A DNA stretch of 64,000 nucleotides from Chitinophagales bacterium (GCA_025455685.1 JALOMB010000001.1:19673-83672), one strand, 5' to 3'; shown: positions 9,707 to 19,517, counted from the first letter of the stretch. The notes: generated from the sequence alone by a model not told the origin. A program made the numbers and translations.

Positions 9707-10840
9707 ATGAAACAAAAATTCTTTATTATCTCACCTGCCTATCCTTATCGTGGTGGTATTTCTGATTTTACGCATCGATTTGCCGACTCGTTGATTTATT
9801 TAGGATATGAGGTAGAAATTATCACTTTTTCCCTTCAGTATCCGAGATTTCTTTTCCCCGGTAAAACCCAATTTCTCGAAGAAGAAAAAACATATGCATA
9901 TCCCATATATCGAAAAATCAACGCCATTAACCCCTTTTCTTGGATTTCGACAGCTTTTTATCTCATTGGTCAGCCTAAATCTAATCTTGTGTTTGCTTAC
10001 TGGATGAGTTTTTTCGTGCCTTGCTTTGCCTCGATTAATTTGCTTTTACGTCTATTTTCTCGGCATAAAACTATCGGTCTAATGCATAATTTCATTCCCC
10101 ATGAATCAAAGTTTTATGATTTATTTTTAGCTAAATTTTTTCTGTCTCGTCTCGATGAAATTGTTGCTATGAATGGTTTTGACTATGAAAAACTGAAAAA
10201 AGAACTTCCTTGTAAAAAATCGATAAATCTATTTCATCCGCTTTACGATCATTTCGGGTCTCTCGTGGATAAATCTACGAGTGCCGAATTTCTAAAGCTA
10301 AGTTCTGAGCGAAATTATATTTTATTTTTTGGACTCGTTAGAAAATACAAAGGGCTCGATATGTTGATTAAGGGATTTAGTTTAATTGCAGAAAAGTTTC
10401 CATTGCTCGATTTAATCATTGCTGGTGAGTTTTATGAGCCTTTGGATTCTTATCAAATTTTGATAGATAAACTTAATTTGTCAAATCGAATTTATATTTT
10501 CAATAAATTTCTAGATGAGGCTGAGGTTAAATATTATTTTGGGATAAGTGACCTTATCGTTCAGCCATATAGAAGTGCCACTCAAAGTGGTGTGTCTCAG
10601 GTAGCGCTTCATTTCCTAAAGCCTTCTTTGGTCACGGATGTAGGTGGTTTAGGTCAAATGGTGGCGGAAAACAATTCTGGTATCGTTGTTAAACCTAGCT
10701 TTGAATCTATCGCTGAGGGTATTCATAATTTTTATATTAATTCTTCTGTTTTTGATTGGACAGTTCATCTCTCACAGGTAAAAAATCGCTTTAGTTGGGA
10801 AATTTTTACTACTCGATTTCTTGATTTTACAAAAGATTAA
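9707..10840 (+). CDS. glycosyltransferase family 4
   Basis: ILFFGLVRKYKGLD...IIAGE...VQPYRSATQSGVSQVALHFLKPSLVTDVGGL, typical GT4 C-terminal half. Confidence 0.65.
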   Translation: MKQKFFIISPAYPYRGGISDFTHRFADSLIYLGYEVEIITFSLQYPRFLFPGKTQFLEEEKTYAYPIYRKINAINPFSWISTAFYLIGQPKSNLVFAYWMSFFVPCFASINLLLRLFSRHKTIGLMHNFIPHESKFYDLFLAKFFLSRLDEIVAMNGFDYEKLKKELPCKKSINLFHPLYDHFGSLVDKSTSAEFLKLSSERNYILFFGLVRKYKGLDMLIKGFSLIAEKFPLLDLIIAGEFYEPLDSYQILIDKLNLSNRIYIFNKFLDEAEVKYYFGISDLIVQPYRSATQSGVSQVALHFLKPSLVTDVGGLGQMVAENNSGIVVKPSFESIAEGIHNFYINSSVFDWTVHLSQVKNRFSWEIFTTRFLDFTKD

Positions 10841-10890
10841 TCTATTGTTTTTCAAATGTTTATTAACATATATATAAAGCTATAGTTTAG

Positions 10891-10980
10891 GATTTGGTTT
10901 CAGGGACAGGTTTTTGAAATTGATTTGGTTTGAAACGATGGCATTTTGTTTCGTTCTGTAGGGACAAGGTTTTTTTAATT
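10891..10980. repeat. duplicated bipartite motif GATTTGGTTT...AGGGACA(A)GGTTTTT in a convergent intergenic region
   Basis: Unit 1 spans 10891..10915. Unit 2 spans 10922..10974, with a 28-nt insertion between the two half-motifs. Confidence 0.7.
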
Positions 10981-11031
10981 AATTTCAAATAAAAAATACA
11001 CAAAATCAAAATTTCCGCTTTTTACAATATA

Positions 11032-13305
11032 TTACTTTGCTTTTCGCATTTTTGCAAATTTCAATACAATAGTTTTTAAGCCTTCACTCTCGAAAGTAAT
11101 CCGAGCTAGAATTTTATCGCCTTCCCCTTCTAAGGAATCAATATGACCTTTTCCAAATTTAATATGTTCGATATTATCGCCTTCTTCAAAGGAATCAAAT
11201 GGGTCAGGAATAAAATTCGATACGTCTATTCTTGGGGAGTTCGTTTTGGCTGCGATATTTTGTTTTAGATTTCTTAGCACATTTGGTGTGTTTGAATAAT
11301 CTTCATCTCTTCGTGGTGAATAGAGGGTTTCTTGTGTTTTGAGAATTTGTGGGTTTTCGAGTACTATTTCTGGCACTTCTCTGAGAAAAGAAGACGGCAT
11401 TTGATTTTCTAGCTTGCCCATTTTATAGCGCTGTGTTGCGAAGCTAAAAGTTAGATACGCTTCAGCTCTAGTAACGGCTACATAAAATAGTCTTCTTTCT
11501 TCTTCTAAATCATCCTCATCATAAGTCGCACGAATAGATGGAAATAAATTATTTTCCATACCTACTAAATATACGGCCTTGAATTCAAGACCTTTGCTCG
11601 CATGAATCGTCATAATTTTTACGGTATCTTCTCCTTCTTTTTCTTTGTCTTGGTCTGTTAAAAGCGTAACGCTTTGCAGGTAATAACCTAAGGATCTATA
11701 TTCATCCAAACTTATGCCTTCGATATGTTCGTCTCTTTCGGTATGTTCCTTGATACTGTTTAATAATTCTACTAAATTTTCGTATCTTGAGATTCCTTCT
11801 ACGGATTTATCGCTATCTAACTCGTGGTATAATCCTGAAGTTTTTAATAAATTTTCTGCGACTTGGTATGCGTTTTCATTTATTCTAAGTCGATGTAGCG
11901 CTATTAATTCATGAAAATTCATCAAAGCCTCTTTGGCTTTTCCGGTGATACCTATCTCTGCTACTTCTGGCAAAGTATCGTAAATGCTTTTATTGTTTTG
12001 CTGAGCATAGAGCATGACTTTGGTCATAGAGGTGTTTCCGATACCTCTTGTCGGATAGTTTATAATTCGTTTTAAGGTTTCGTCGTCGTGAGGATTTATG
12101 AGCAATTTGAGATATGCGATTGCGTCTTTGATTTCTTTTCGCTGAAAAAAGCTTAAGCCTGCATAAACACGATATGGTATATCTGAGCGTCTCAGCGCTT
12201 CTTCAAAAGCCCTTGATTGAGAATTTGTCCTACATAAAATTACTATTTCATGGTTATGGACTTGATAGCGGTGCTTGAGTTCAATGATATGATTGACTAC
12301 TTTGATGCCTTCGTCGTTGTCAGATACGGCTTTTAAGATTGGCATTTTCATCCCATCATCATTCTTGGTCCATATCGTTTTATCGAGTTGTTTCGTATTA
12401 TGTTTTATGACTTTATTGGCAATTTCTACGATATTTTTGGTTGAGCGATAGTTTTGTTCGAGCAAAAATATTTTCGCTGTGGGATAATCTTTTTTGAAAT
12501 TTAAAATATTATCGATTGATGCACCTCGAAAACCATAGATGGATTGTGAATCGTCTCCGACCACACAGATATTTTGAAATATATCTCCAAGTTTCTTTAT
12601 AATCTCGTATTGACTTAGGTTGGTGTCTTGAAATTCATCGATCATCAAATATTTAAACTTATGCTGAAGCTCATAGAGCACTTCAGGAAACCTTACGAGG
12701 AGTTCATAAGTTTTGAGCAATAAGTCATCGAAATCCATCGCGTTGTTTTTGAAACATCTGCGAACGTATTCTTTATAAATATCACCCATTTTAAACAAAT
12801 ATCTTTCGTTATCTTGCATTTGAATATCTAAATTTGAGGCATAAAGTTTGTAATTGATCAAATTATTTTTCAAATTAGAGATACGACTCTGTACTGACTT
12901 GGGTTTATAGACGCTGTCGTCGAGATTAAAGTCTTTGATAATTTGTTTAATTAATGTTCTAGAGTCCTCTGTGTCATAAATAGTGAAGTTATTTGTATAA
13001 CCCAACAATTCTGCTTTATTTCTTAAAATTCTGCTAAAAACCGCATGAAACGTTCCCATAAATAAATACTGTGCTTTAGAACCGATAAGGCTTTCAATCC
13101 TTTTTTTCATTTCTTTGGCAGCTTTATTTGTAAATGTCAAGGCAAGGATATGATATGGTTCTATTCCTTGTTCGAGCATGAAGGCAATTCTATAGGTCAA
13201 AACCCTTGTTTTTCCTGAGCCTGGACCTGCATTTATTAAAACAGGACCTTCTATTTCCGTCACTACTGATTTTTGTATTTCATTTAACTCGTCTAAGTAA
13301 TACAT
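11032..13305 (-). CDS. uvrD: ATP-dependent DNA helicase, UvrD/PcrA family
   Basis: Walker A GPGSGKT, DEFQDT, QNYRST, VTRAE motifs; 757 aa. Confidence 0.85.
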   Translation of the reverse strand: MYYLDELNEIQKSVVTEIEGPVLINAGPGSGKTRVLTYRIAFMLEQGIEPYHILALTFTNKAAKEMKKRIESLIGSKAQYLFMGTFHAVFSRILRNKAELLGYTNNFTIYDTEDSRTLIKQIIKDFNLDDSVYKPKSVQSRISNLKNNLINYKLYASNLDIQMQDNERYLFKMGDIYKEYVRRCFKNNAMDFDDLLLKTYELLVRFPEVLYELQHKFKYLMIDEFQDTNLSQYEIIKKLGDIFQNICVVGDDSQSIYGFRGASIDNILNFKKDYPTAKIFLLEQNYRSTKNIVEIANKVIKHNTKQLDKTIWTKNDDGMKMPILKAVSDNDEGIKVVNHIIELKHRYQVHNHEIVILCRTNSQSRAFEEALRRSDIPYRVYAGLSFFQRKEIKDAIAYLKLLINPHDDETLKRIINYPTRGIGNTSMTKVMLYAQQNNKSIYDTLPEVAEIGITGKAKEALMNFHELIALHRLRINENAYQVAENLLKTSGLYHELDSDKSVEGISRYENLVELLNSIKEHTERDEHIEGISLDEYRSLGYYLQSVTLLTDQDKEKEGEDTVKIMTIHASKGLEFKAVYLVGMENNLFPSIRATYDEDDLEEERRLFYVAVTRAEAYLTFSFATQRYKMGKLENQMPSSFLREVPEIVLENPQILKTQETLYSPRRDEDYSNTPNVLRNLKQNIAAKTNSPRIDVSNFIPDPFDSFEEGDNIEHIKFGKGHIDSLEGEGDKILARITFESEGLKTIVLKFAKMRKAK

Positions 13306-13329
13306 TTTCTTTTGTTTATTGATACAACT

Positions 13330-14697
13330 TTATATGTTTTTATTGATAAATTTAGTCAAGTCGTCTAAATTTAGCGTCTCTTGTTGAAAAGTTTTGAGAT
13401 TTTTGATGTTAATTTTGCCTTGCTTTTGCTCTGAGTCCCCATAAATTAAGGCATAGTCGAATTTATTTTTGTCTGCATATTGAAATTGTTTATCTAGTTT
13501 TGATTTTTCGGGATAAATGTCTATGATGAGATTTTTCGAAGCATTTTCTAAAATATTTTTTCTTAATGAAATAAGTTCCTTCGTATTTTCTATTAGATGA
13601 AGGATTATAATTCTAATCATATTTGACGATTTGAATTCAAAAATTTCCTTTTGATCGAGACAGAATTCTATCCGCTCTAGCCCGAAACTAAATCCGATGC
13701 CATTCATTCGCTCCAAGCCAAATAGAGAAGTCAAATCGTCATATCTTCCGCCGCCGCCTATTGAGCCTATATTTATATCAATTGGTTTGAGTTCGAATAC
13801 AGTTCCTGTATAATAATCTAAACCTCTTACTAAATGTAAATCAAATTGGATAAGTTCTGGATTTGGAGCGTTTTCTAAGATAAATTGTAAACTCTCTGTG
13901 GCTTCTTTTGGAATTCCTTTTTGGATTAAATCATCGATAGTGGTTGAATTCATTATATCGATAAAATTGTTGAATTTTGTATTATCTTCAAAATCTTTTT
14001 CATTTGCTAGAATTTCTGTTAATTCATTCGAATAAGATTCTGCTGATATTTTTTCTTTTTTATCTATGAGAATAGAAATTTGTTTTTTCTGAGAGTCGTC
14101 GAGCTTGAGCAGCTGACCAATCGCATCGAAGATTTTTCTATCGTTGATATGAACTTTTGCTTTGAGGCCTATTTCCTGGATAAAATCGTTTATAATATAG
14201 AGTATTTCTATTTCATGGAGATTTGTTTTGGATCCTACTATATCGATATCACACTGAGTAAATTCTTGAAATCTTCCTTTCTGAGGTCTATCTGCGCGCC
14301 AAACAGCTCCTATTTGAAAACGTTTAAATGGAAAACTCAAATCGTTTTGATGCTGAGCTACGTATCGAGCAAGTGGTACAGTCAAATCGTATCGAAGTCC
14401 TTTGGTAGCTATTTTGGGTGTAATTTCTTTGGCGTCGTAAATTTCAGATTTTAATAAAGTTTGTACCGTTTCATCGTGAAGATATTCTCCTGAATTGAGG
14501 ATTTTGAACAATAATTTCTCATCTTCTCCATATTTGCCCATCAAAGTATCTAATCGTTCAAAAGCGGGTGTTTGAATGTTTTGATAGGCGTATTTCGAAA
14601 AAATTTCTCTTAACTTATCTAAAATATAATTTCTTCTTGCCATTTCTCTTGGCAATAGATCTTTGACTCCTTTGGGATTTGCCGGTTTGATTTTCAT
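13330..14697 (-). CDS. hisS: histidine--tRNA ligase
   Basis: GLRYDLTVPLARY, FQIGAVWRADRPQKGRFQEFTQCD, GGGRYD class II motifs. Confidence 0.9.
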   Translation of the reverse strand: MKIKPANPKGVKDLLPREMARRNYILDKLREIFSKYAYQNIQTPAFERLDTLMGKYGEDEKLLFKILNSGEYLHDETVQTLLKSEIYDAKEITPKIATKGLRYDLTVPLARYVAQHQNDLSFPFKRFQIGAVWRADRPQKGRFQEFTQCDIDIVGSKTNLHEIEILYIINDFIQEIGLKAKVHINDRKIFDAIGQLLKLDDSQKKQISILIDKKEKISAESYSNELTEILANEKDFEDNTKFNNFIDIMNSTTIDDLIQKGIPKEATESLQFILENAPNPELIQFDLHLVRGLDYYTGTVFELKPIDINIGSIGGGGRYDDLTSLFGLERMNGIGFSFGLERIEFCLDQKEIFEFKSSNMIRIIILHLIENTKELISLRKNILENASKNLIIDIYPEKSKLDKQFQYADKNKFDYALIYGDSEQKQGKINIKNLKTFQQETLNLDDLTKFINKNI

Positions 14698-15233
14698 GAA
14701 TTAAATTGTTTAAAAAAATCTTTTTCTTCTAATTTTTTAATTATTTCTCTAAACCAAAAAGCATAATTTTCTGGTGTTTCTAGAAATTTTTCTTTTAAAT
14801 CTCTATAAGAAATCCATTGAATATTTTGAACTTCTTCTAAATTGGGTAAAATTTCAGTCGAATTTGGGATACATGCAGTAAATACATAGTCTAATTCATG
14901 TTCTATAAGTTTCGTTTGATCATCTTGTGCTTTATAAATAAAGGATAGCGCAAATTGCACCTTAATATCTATATTCAACTCTTCTTTTAATCTTCTTTGA
15001 GCAGCATTTTCATAGCTTTCTCCTGGATAAGGATGGGAACAACACGCATTAGCCCATAGATTAGCAAAATGATATTTCGAACTTGCTCTTTGCTGAAGCA
15101 AAATATTTCCTTGTTTATCATACAAAAATACACTTATCGCTCTATGAAGTAAGCCGAGTTCATGGGCTTTAATTTTTTCGATCAAACCAATTTCTCTGTC
15201 GTTCTCATCTACCAATACTACTGTTGATACCAT
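14694..15233 (-). CDS. idi: isopentenyl-diphosphate delta-isomerase, type 1 (Nudix)
   Basis: LHRAISVFL, NACCSHPYPGES...AAQRRLKEELNI match the IDI-1 active-site region; 4-nt overlap with hisS. Confidence 0.75.
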   Translation of the reverse strand: MVSTVVLVDENDREIGLIEKIKAHELGLLHRAISVFLYDKQGNILLQQRASSKYHFANLWANACCSHPYPGESYENAAQRRLKEELNIDIKVQFALSFIYKAQDDQTKLIEHELDYVFTACIPNSTEILPNLEEVQNIQWISYRDLKEKFLETPENYAFWFREIIKKLEEKDFFKQFNS

Positions 15234-15733
15234 TGACTGTACATTATATAGTTATTAGAAATTCTCGCTAAGGTCTCTTGTTGTAGTTCAATATCTAGAT
15301 TTTTGATAAATTTTGCTGGATTTCCAGCATAAACAGAGCCTTCTTTGATAATAGTTTTTTGAGTTACTACTGATCCAGCTCCAATAATACAATTAGGTTC
15401 AATAACGACATCATCCATGATGACTGCGCCCATTCCGATGAGTACATTATCGTAAATCGTACAGCCATGAACGATTGCATTGTGTCCAATAGAAACTAGA
15501 TTGCCGATATTTGTCGGGGATTTTTTATAGGTACAATGTATCGTCGCGTTGTCTTGAATATTGGTTTTTTGGCCAATTTTAATATAATGCACGTCTCCTC
15601 GTATCACTGCATTAAACCAGACACTACAGAATTCTCCAATTTCTACTTCACCTGTAATCGTAGCATTAGGGGCAATCCATACATTTTTAGCAATCTGAGG
15701 TGTTTTGCCTTGTACTGTTATAATATGACTCAT
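15218..15733 (-). CDS. gamma carbonic anhydrase family / hexapeptide-repeat protein
   Basis: Left-handed beta-helix hexapeptide repeats with conserved His (IHCT, IGHNAIVHGC); 171 aa. Confidence 0.75.
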   Translation of the reverse strand: MSHIITVQGKTPQIAKNVWIAPNATITGEVEIGEFCSVWFNAVIRGDVHYIKIGQKTNIQDNATIHCTYKKSPTNIGNLVSIGHNAIVHGCTIYDNVLIGMGAVIMDDVVIEPNCIIGAGSVVTQKTIIKEGSVYAGNPAKFIKNLDIELQQETLARISNNYIMYSQWYQQ

Positions 15734-17202
15734 TTAATTTCTATGATTTGATTTGAATGATTAATTTCAAGGTCAAATATAGTAAATTTTTCTGAATTCT
15801 CGGGATAATTTTGTCTATCGAAATCCCATAATTTGTTTTTGTTTGTATCTTCAAAATAACTAAGACTATTTTTGCCTTTGAGTAAATTTACGGTCATAGA
15901 TTTTTTTGAGGGTATCGAGATTGTTTTTTCAATATGATTTATGGGAATCTTAACTACGATATCATTGAGTAACTTATTGATTATCTCGACATTTTTTGCT
16001 TGTTCATTATCTTTTAAAATCGTTGCAGAAATATTAAATTTTTGATTAAATACTTGGTGCGCTAGAATAGCAGAATCTTTAAATATTAGTTCGATAAATC
16101 CAGAATCTTTTGAAATTGGTATCGATATTTTATTTTCTTTCCAGGTGCCATTTATGGCTAGTGTATCTGATAAATGTTTTATAATAACTTTTTGAAAATC
16201 AACATTTTCAATTATGGCATCTACATTAATGATTAAGGTATCTTTAAAAGAATTAAATCGCTCTATTGGCAGTAATTTTATTTTTGAAATTTTTTGGAAT
16301 ATGGTTGGTGGTATAGTAACTTTATCGTAGTTTATCACAATTTTAATACTATCTTTTATTAGTGAGTCGCTCGTAAAATAGAAGAAAGATCCTAAATCCG
16401 TTTGAGCGAATTGATCTACCTGTATTTGATAAATATTTTGCTTGGGAATTTTAAACGTAAAAGGATTGATCCAGCTTAAATTTTTCAAGTTTTCCTTAAC
16501 GTCACTACGTGGTAAAAAATATAAAGGTAAGTCTTGACTATCACTTTTTGGAATTATTGTTTTTTGGTCAGAATACAAATCAAAATCATTAAATATCTTG
16601 TCTTGATTGACGTCCACAAATCCATAAATCAAATAGGATTTACTTCCTGATAAATATTCTATTGAATGATTAATTTCTTGTGCAGCTATTTGATAGCCTT
16701 TGTTTGAGTCATTTTGTTCTTTTATAATATAAAAGAGATTATTCAAAATATCTTTTTGATTTAAGGGATAAGTAGGTAACTTAGGTTTTATTTGTATCTT
16801 ATTTGAATCTATATTGTTTCCCGTAGAAAAAACCAAGGTGTTTTTTTTCATTGAATTGCCTTCTCTAAAGTCCTTAACGGCTTCATGTAGTTCGAGGGAA
16901 TATGTCGAATTGGGAAGTAATGAATTATTTAAAAAGGTTATATTTAGACGTTTTCCATTAATTTTGGGAATAATATGACTTTGTGAAATAAACGGAAAAA
17001 TCTTAATCTTAGATTTATCGACCTCTATATATTCATCAAATATGAAGGATAAAATATTACCTTTAAAATTTGTGGTTTTATGTTCAATAGAGGCTTTTTT
17101 AATTCGAGGTGCTTGAGTATCTTTGGGTCCTCCATGTAAGACAGTAATTTGCGCACAGCTGATATAAAAAAGAAGATATAAAATAACTAAAACTAATCTC
17201 AT
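15730..17202 (-). CDS. Ig-like (SbsA/Big_5-type) domain lipoprotein, function unknown
   Basis: Lipobox LFYISC followed by GGPKDTQAP, the usual start of this Bacteroidota family; otherwise no motifs. Confidence 0.4.
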   Translation of the reverse strand: MRLVLVILYLLFYISCAQITVLHGGPKDTQAPRIKKASIEHKTTNFKGNILSFIFDEYIEVDKSKIKIFPFISQSHIIPKINGKRLNITFLNNSLLPNSTYSLELHEAVKDFREGNSMKKNTLVFSTGNNIDSNKIQIKPKLPTYPLNQKDILNNLFYIIKEQNDSNKGYQIAAQEINHSIEYLSGSKSYLIYGFVDVNQDKIFNDFDLYSDQKTIIPKSDSQDLPLYFLPRSDVKENLKNLSWINPFTFKIPKQNIYQIQVDQFAQTDLGSFFYFTSDSLIKDSIKIVINYDKVTIPPTIFQKISKIKLLPIERFNSFKDTLIINVDAIIENVDFQKVIIKHLSDTLAINGTWKENKISIPISKDSGFIELIFKDSAILAHQVFNQKFNISATILKDNEQAKNVEIINKLLNDIVVKIPINHIEKTISIPSKKSMTVNLLKGKNSLSYFEDTNKNKLWDFDRQNYPENSEKFTIFDLEINHSNQIIEIK

Positions 17203-19058
17203 CTGCCTAAGTATATCAATAAAATACTAATATCAGAAGGTTTTATCCCACTTATTCTTTTAGCTTGTCCAATATTTTCCGGTTTTATTTTCTTAAATTT
17301 TTCCCTTGATTCAATGGAAATAGCTGATAATTTATCATAGTTAAACTCCGATGGAATTTTGACATATTCGAGCTGATTCATTTTCTGAGCTATATCTTCT
17401 TCTTTTTGAATATAACCTTGGTACGTCCATTCTATTTCTGCACTCTCCAAAGCAGATTTATCTATTTTTTCGAAATGACTTTTGAGGTTACATTGTTCGA
17501 TCAAATCTGATAAATCAATTTCTGGTCTAAGCATAACTTGAGCTAGAGGCATTTTTTGGGTTAGCGGATTTCCATTTCTTTCTATGAGATAGTCGTTAAT
17601 TTGATTTGGTTCAACACGAAGTTCTTTAAACAAATCTATAGCCTGTTTTATCTGGTCTTTTCTTTGATTATAACGATTTAAACGATTCTCATCGATTAGT
17701 CCATAAGGGATTACTCTAGGAGTCAATCTAATATCGGCGTTATCTTGTCTCAGTAATATTCTAAATTCTGCTCTCGAGGTAAACATTCTATAGGGTTCTT
17801 CTGTTCCTTTGGTGATTAAATCATCAATAAGTACTCCGATATAGCTTTCATTTCTTTTTAGAATAAAAAATTCTTTATCTTGTGCATACAAACTTGCATT
17901 TATACCTGCTATATAACCTTGGCCAGCCGCTTCTTCATATCCGGTAGTTCCGTTGATTTGTCCAGCAAAAAACAACCCTTTTATAAGTTTCGTTTGAAGA
18001 GAGGAATCTAATTGTATCGGCGGAAAATAATCATATTCTATAGCATATCCAGGTCGATACATTTTTACGTTTTCTAATCCTACTATTTTTCTTAAGGCTT
18101 TAAATTGAACCTCTTCAGGAAGTGAAGTACTAAAACCATTGATGTATATTTCATTGGTATGCCAACCTTCAGGTTCGATAAATAGTTGATGACGATCTTT
18201 GTCACTAAATCTATTAATTTTGTCTTCTATACTCGGACAATATCTCGGTCCTAATGACTGAATTCTTCCATTAAACATAGGACTTCTATCAAATCCTTCT
18301 TTAAGGGTTTCATGGACTATATCACTTGTATAAGTAATATAACAAGAAGCTTGCTGTTTGGGTTTAGGAATATCCAAAAAGCTAAATCCTTGTACCTCTT
18401 CATCTCCTTTTTGTTCTTCTAATAAATCATAATTTATACTTCTCCCGTCTAATCTAGGTGGTGTACCCGTTTTCATTCTTCCTGATTCAAAACCTAGTTT
18501 TATTAGATTTTCTGTTAGTCCAGTGGCTTTATTTTCGCCTATTCTACCTCCACCTAATTGTTTATCACCAATATGAATCAATCCATTTAAAAAAGTACCG
18601 TTGGTAAGTACTACGGCATTTGCTAAAATTTCATGTCCCAGACTCGTTAGAACTCCTTTAATGATATTATCTTTGACAATAAGTCCTACTACCATATCTT
18701 GATAAATATCGAGATTTGGTATATTTTCCAATTTTTCTCGCCATTTCATAGAAAAGAGCATCCTATCGTTTTGTGCGCGAGGTGACCACATCGCTTTTCC
18801 TTTTGAACGATTGAGCATACGAAACTGAATCATAGACTCGTCTGATACTATACCAGAAAAACCACCTAAAGCATCTAATTCTCTAACTATTTGACCTTTT
18901 GCGATACCACCCATAGCAGGATTACAAGACATTTGACCCAAAGTCATCATATTCATAGAAATCAAAAGTGTTTTACAACCACTTCTAGCCGAGACAGCTG
19001 CTGCTTCACATCCTGCATGACCTCCACCTACTACTATTACTTGATATAAATCAAACAT
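17199..19058 (-). CDS. mnmG: tRNA uridine-5-carboxymethylaminomethyl(34) synthesis enzyme MnmG (GidA)
   Basis: FAD motif VVGGGHAGCEAA; full-length collinearity, 619 aa. Confidence 0.95.
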   Translation of the reverse strand: MFDLYQVIVVGGGHAGCEAAAVSARSGCKTLLISMNMMTLGQMSCNPAMGGIAKGQIVRELDALGGFSGIVSDESMIQFRMLNRSKGKAMWSPRAQNDRMLFSMKWREKLENIPNLDIYQDMVVGLIVKDNIIKGVLTSLGHEILANAVVLTNGTFLNGLIHIGDKQLGGGRIGENKATGLTENLIKLGFESGRMKTGTPPRLDGRSINYDLLEEQKGDEEVQGFSFLDIPKPKQQASCYITYTSDIVHETLKEGFDRSPMFNGRIQSLGPRYCPSIEDKINRFSDKDRHQLFIEPEGWHTNEIYINGFSTSLPEEVQFKALRKIVGLENVKMYRPGYAIEYDYFPPIQLDSSLQTKLIKGLFFAGQINGTTGYEEAAGQGYIAGINASLYAQDKEFFILKRNESYIGVLIDDLITKGTEEPYRMFTSRAEFRILLRQDNADIRLTPRVIPYGLIDENRLNRYNQRKDQIKQAIDLFKELRVEPNQINDYLIERNGNPLTQKMPLAQVMLRPEIDLSDLIEQCNLKSHFEKIDKSALESAEIEWTYQGYIQKEEDIAQKMNQLEYVKIPSEFNYDKLSAISIESREKFKKIKPENIGQAKRISGIKPSDISILLIYLGR

Positions 19059-19515
19059 AAGACTTATTTTTATTTTGTTCCACGTGGAACATATATTGTT
19101 TAATAAAATTATCTTCTAATTTTCTCATTATTTTTATTTCTTCTTCTTGATGATCTAAATAGCCTAAAAAATGAAATAAACTATGGGCTAAATTTCTTAG
19201 TAACTCTTCCTGAAATGATACATTATAAAAATTTGCATTATCTTTTACCATTTGGATACATATAAAAAAAACTCCTTGGGATTCTTTTTCTGAACTTAAA
19301 TTAAAAGTAATATTATCAGTAGTATAATTATGATTGAGATAATTTTTATTTATATCTTTTATTTTCTTTTTTCCAATAAAGAAAACTTTAATTGTTCCAC
19401 GTGGAACTTTATATTTTTTTAAAATATTTTGATATAAATCTGATATTAAGTCGAATCTGATATCGAGATAAATTGTTTTTGTTTTATTGTGAAACTCTAT
19501 TTGATATAAATCCAT
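19051..19515 (-). CDS. ybeY: rRNA maturation RNase YbeY
   Basis: Zinc motif HSLFHFLGYLDH (HxxxHxxGxxH); 154 aa; 8-nt overlap with mnmG. Confidence 0.8.
   Translation of the reverse strand: MDLYQIEFHNKTKTIYLDIRFDLISDLYQNILKKYKVPRGTIKVFFIGKKKIKDINKNYLNHNYTTDNITFNLSSEKESQGVFFICIQMVKDNANFYNVSFQEELLRNLAHSLFHFLGYLDHQEEEIKIMRKLEDNFIKQYMFHVEQNKNKSYV
19077..19090. repeat. perfect 14-bp palindrome GTTCCACGTGGAAC (copy 1; extends to 16 bp, TGTTCCACGTGGAACA)
   Basis: Read directly. Lies in the 3' end of ybeY, 19 nt upstream of the mnmG ATG (19058). Confidence 0.95.
19394..19407. repeat. perfect 14-bp palindrome GTTCCACGTGGAAC (copy 2)
   Basis: Read directly. Lies about 110 nt into ybeY. It is read in a different codon phase from copy 1 (VPRGT versus FHVEQ). 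Confidence 0.95.
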
Positions 19516-19517
19516 TA

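Noticed and set aside
14080-14454. 124-aa ORF antisense to hisS, and similar cases at 3068..3358, 5187..5426, 5650..6016, 11714..11914, 33080..33620
   Set aside because: Each lies wholly within a confidently assigned gene on the other strand, and none has a recognisable motif. Chance open frames of this kind are typical in AT-rich coding DNA.
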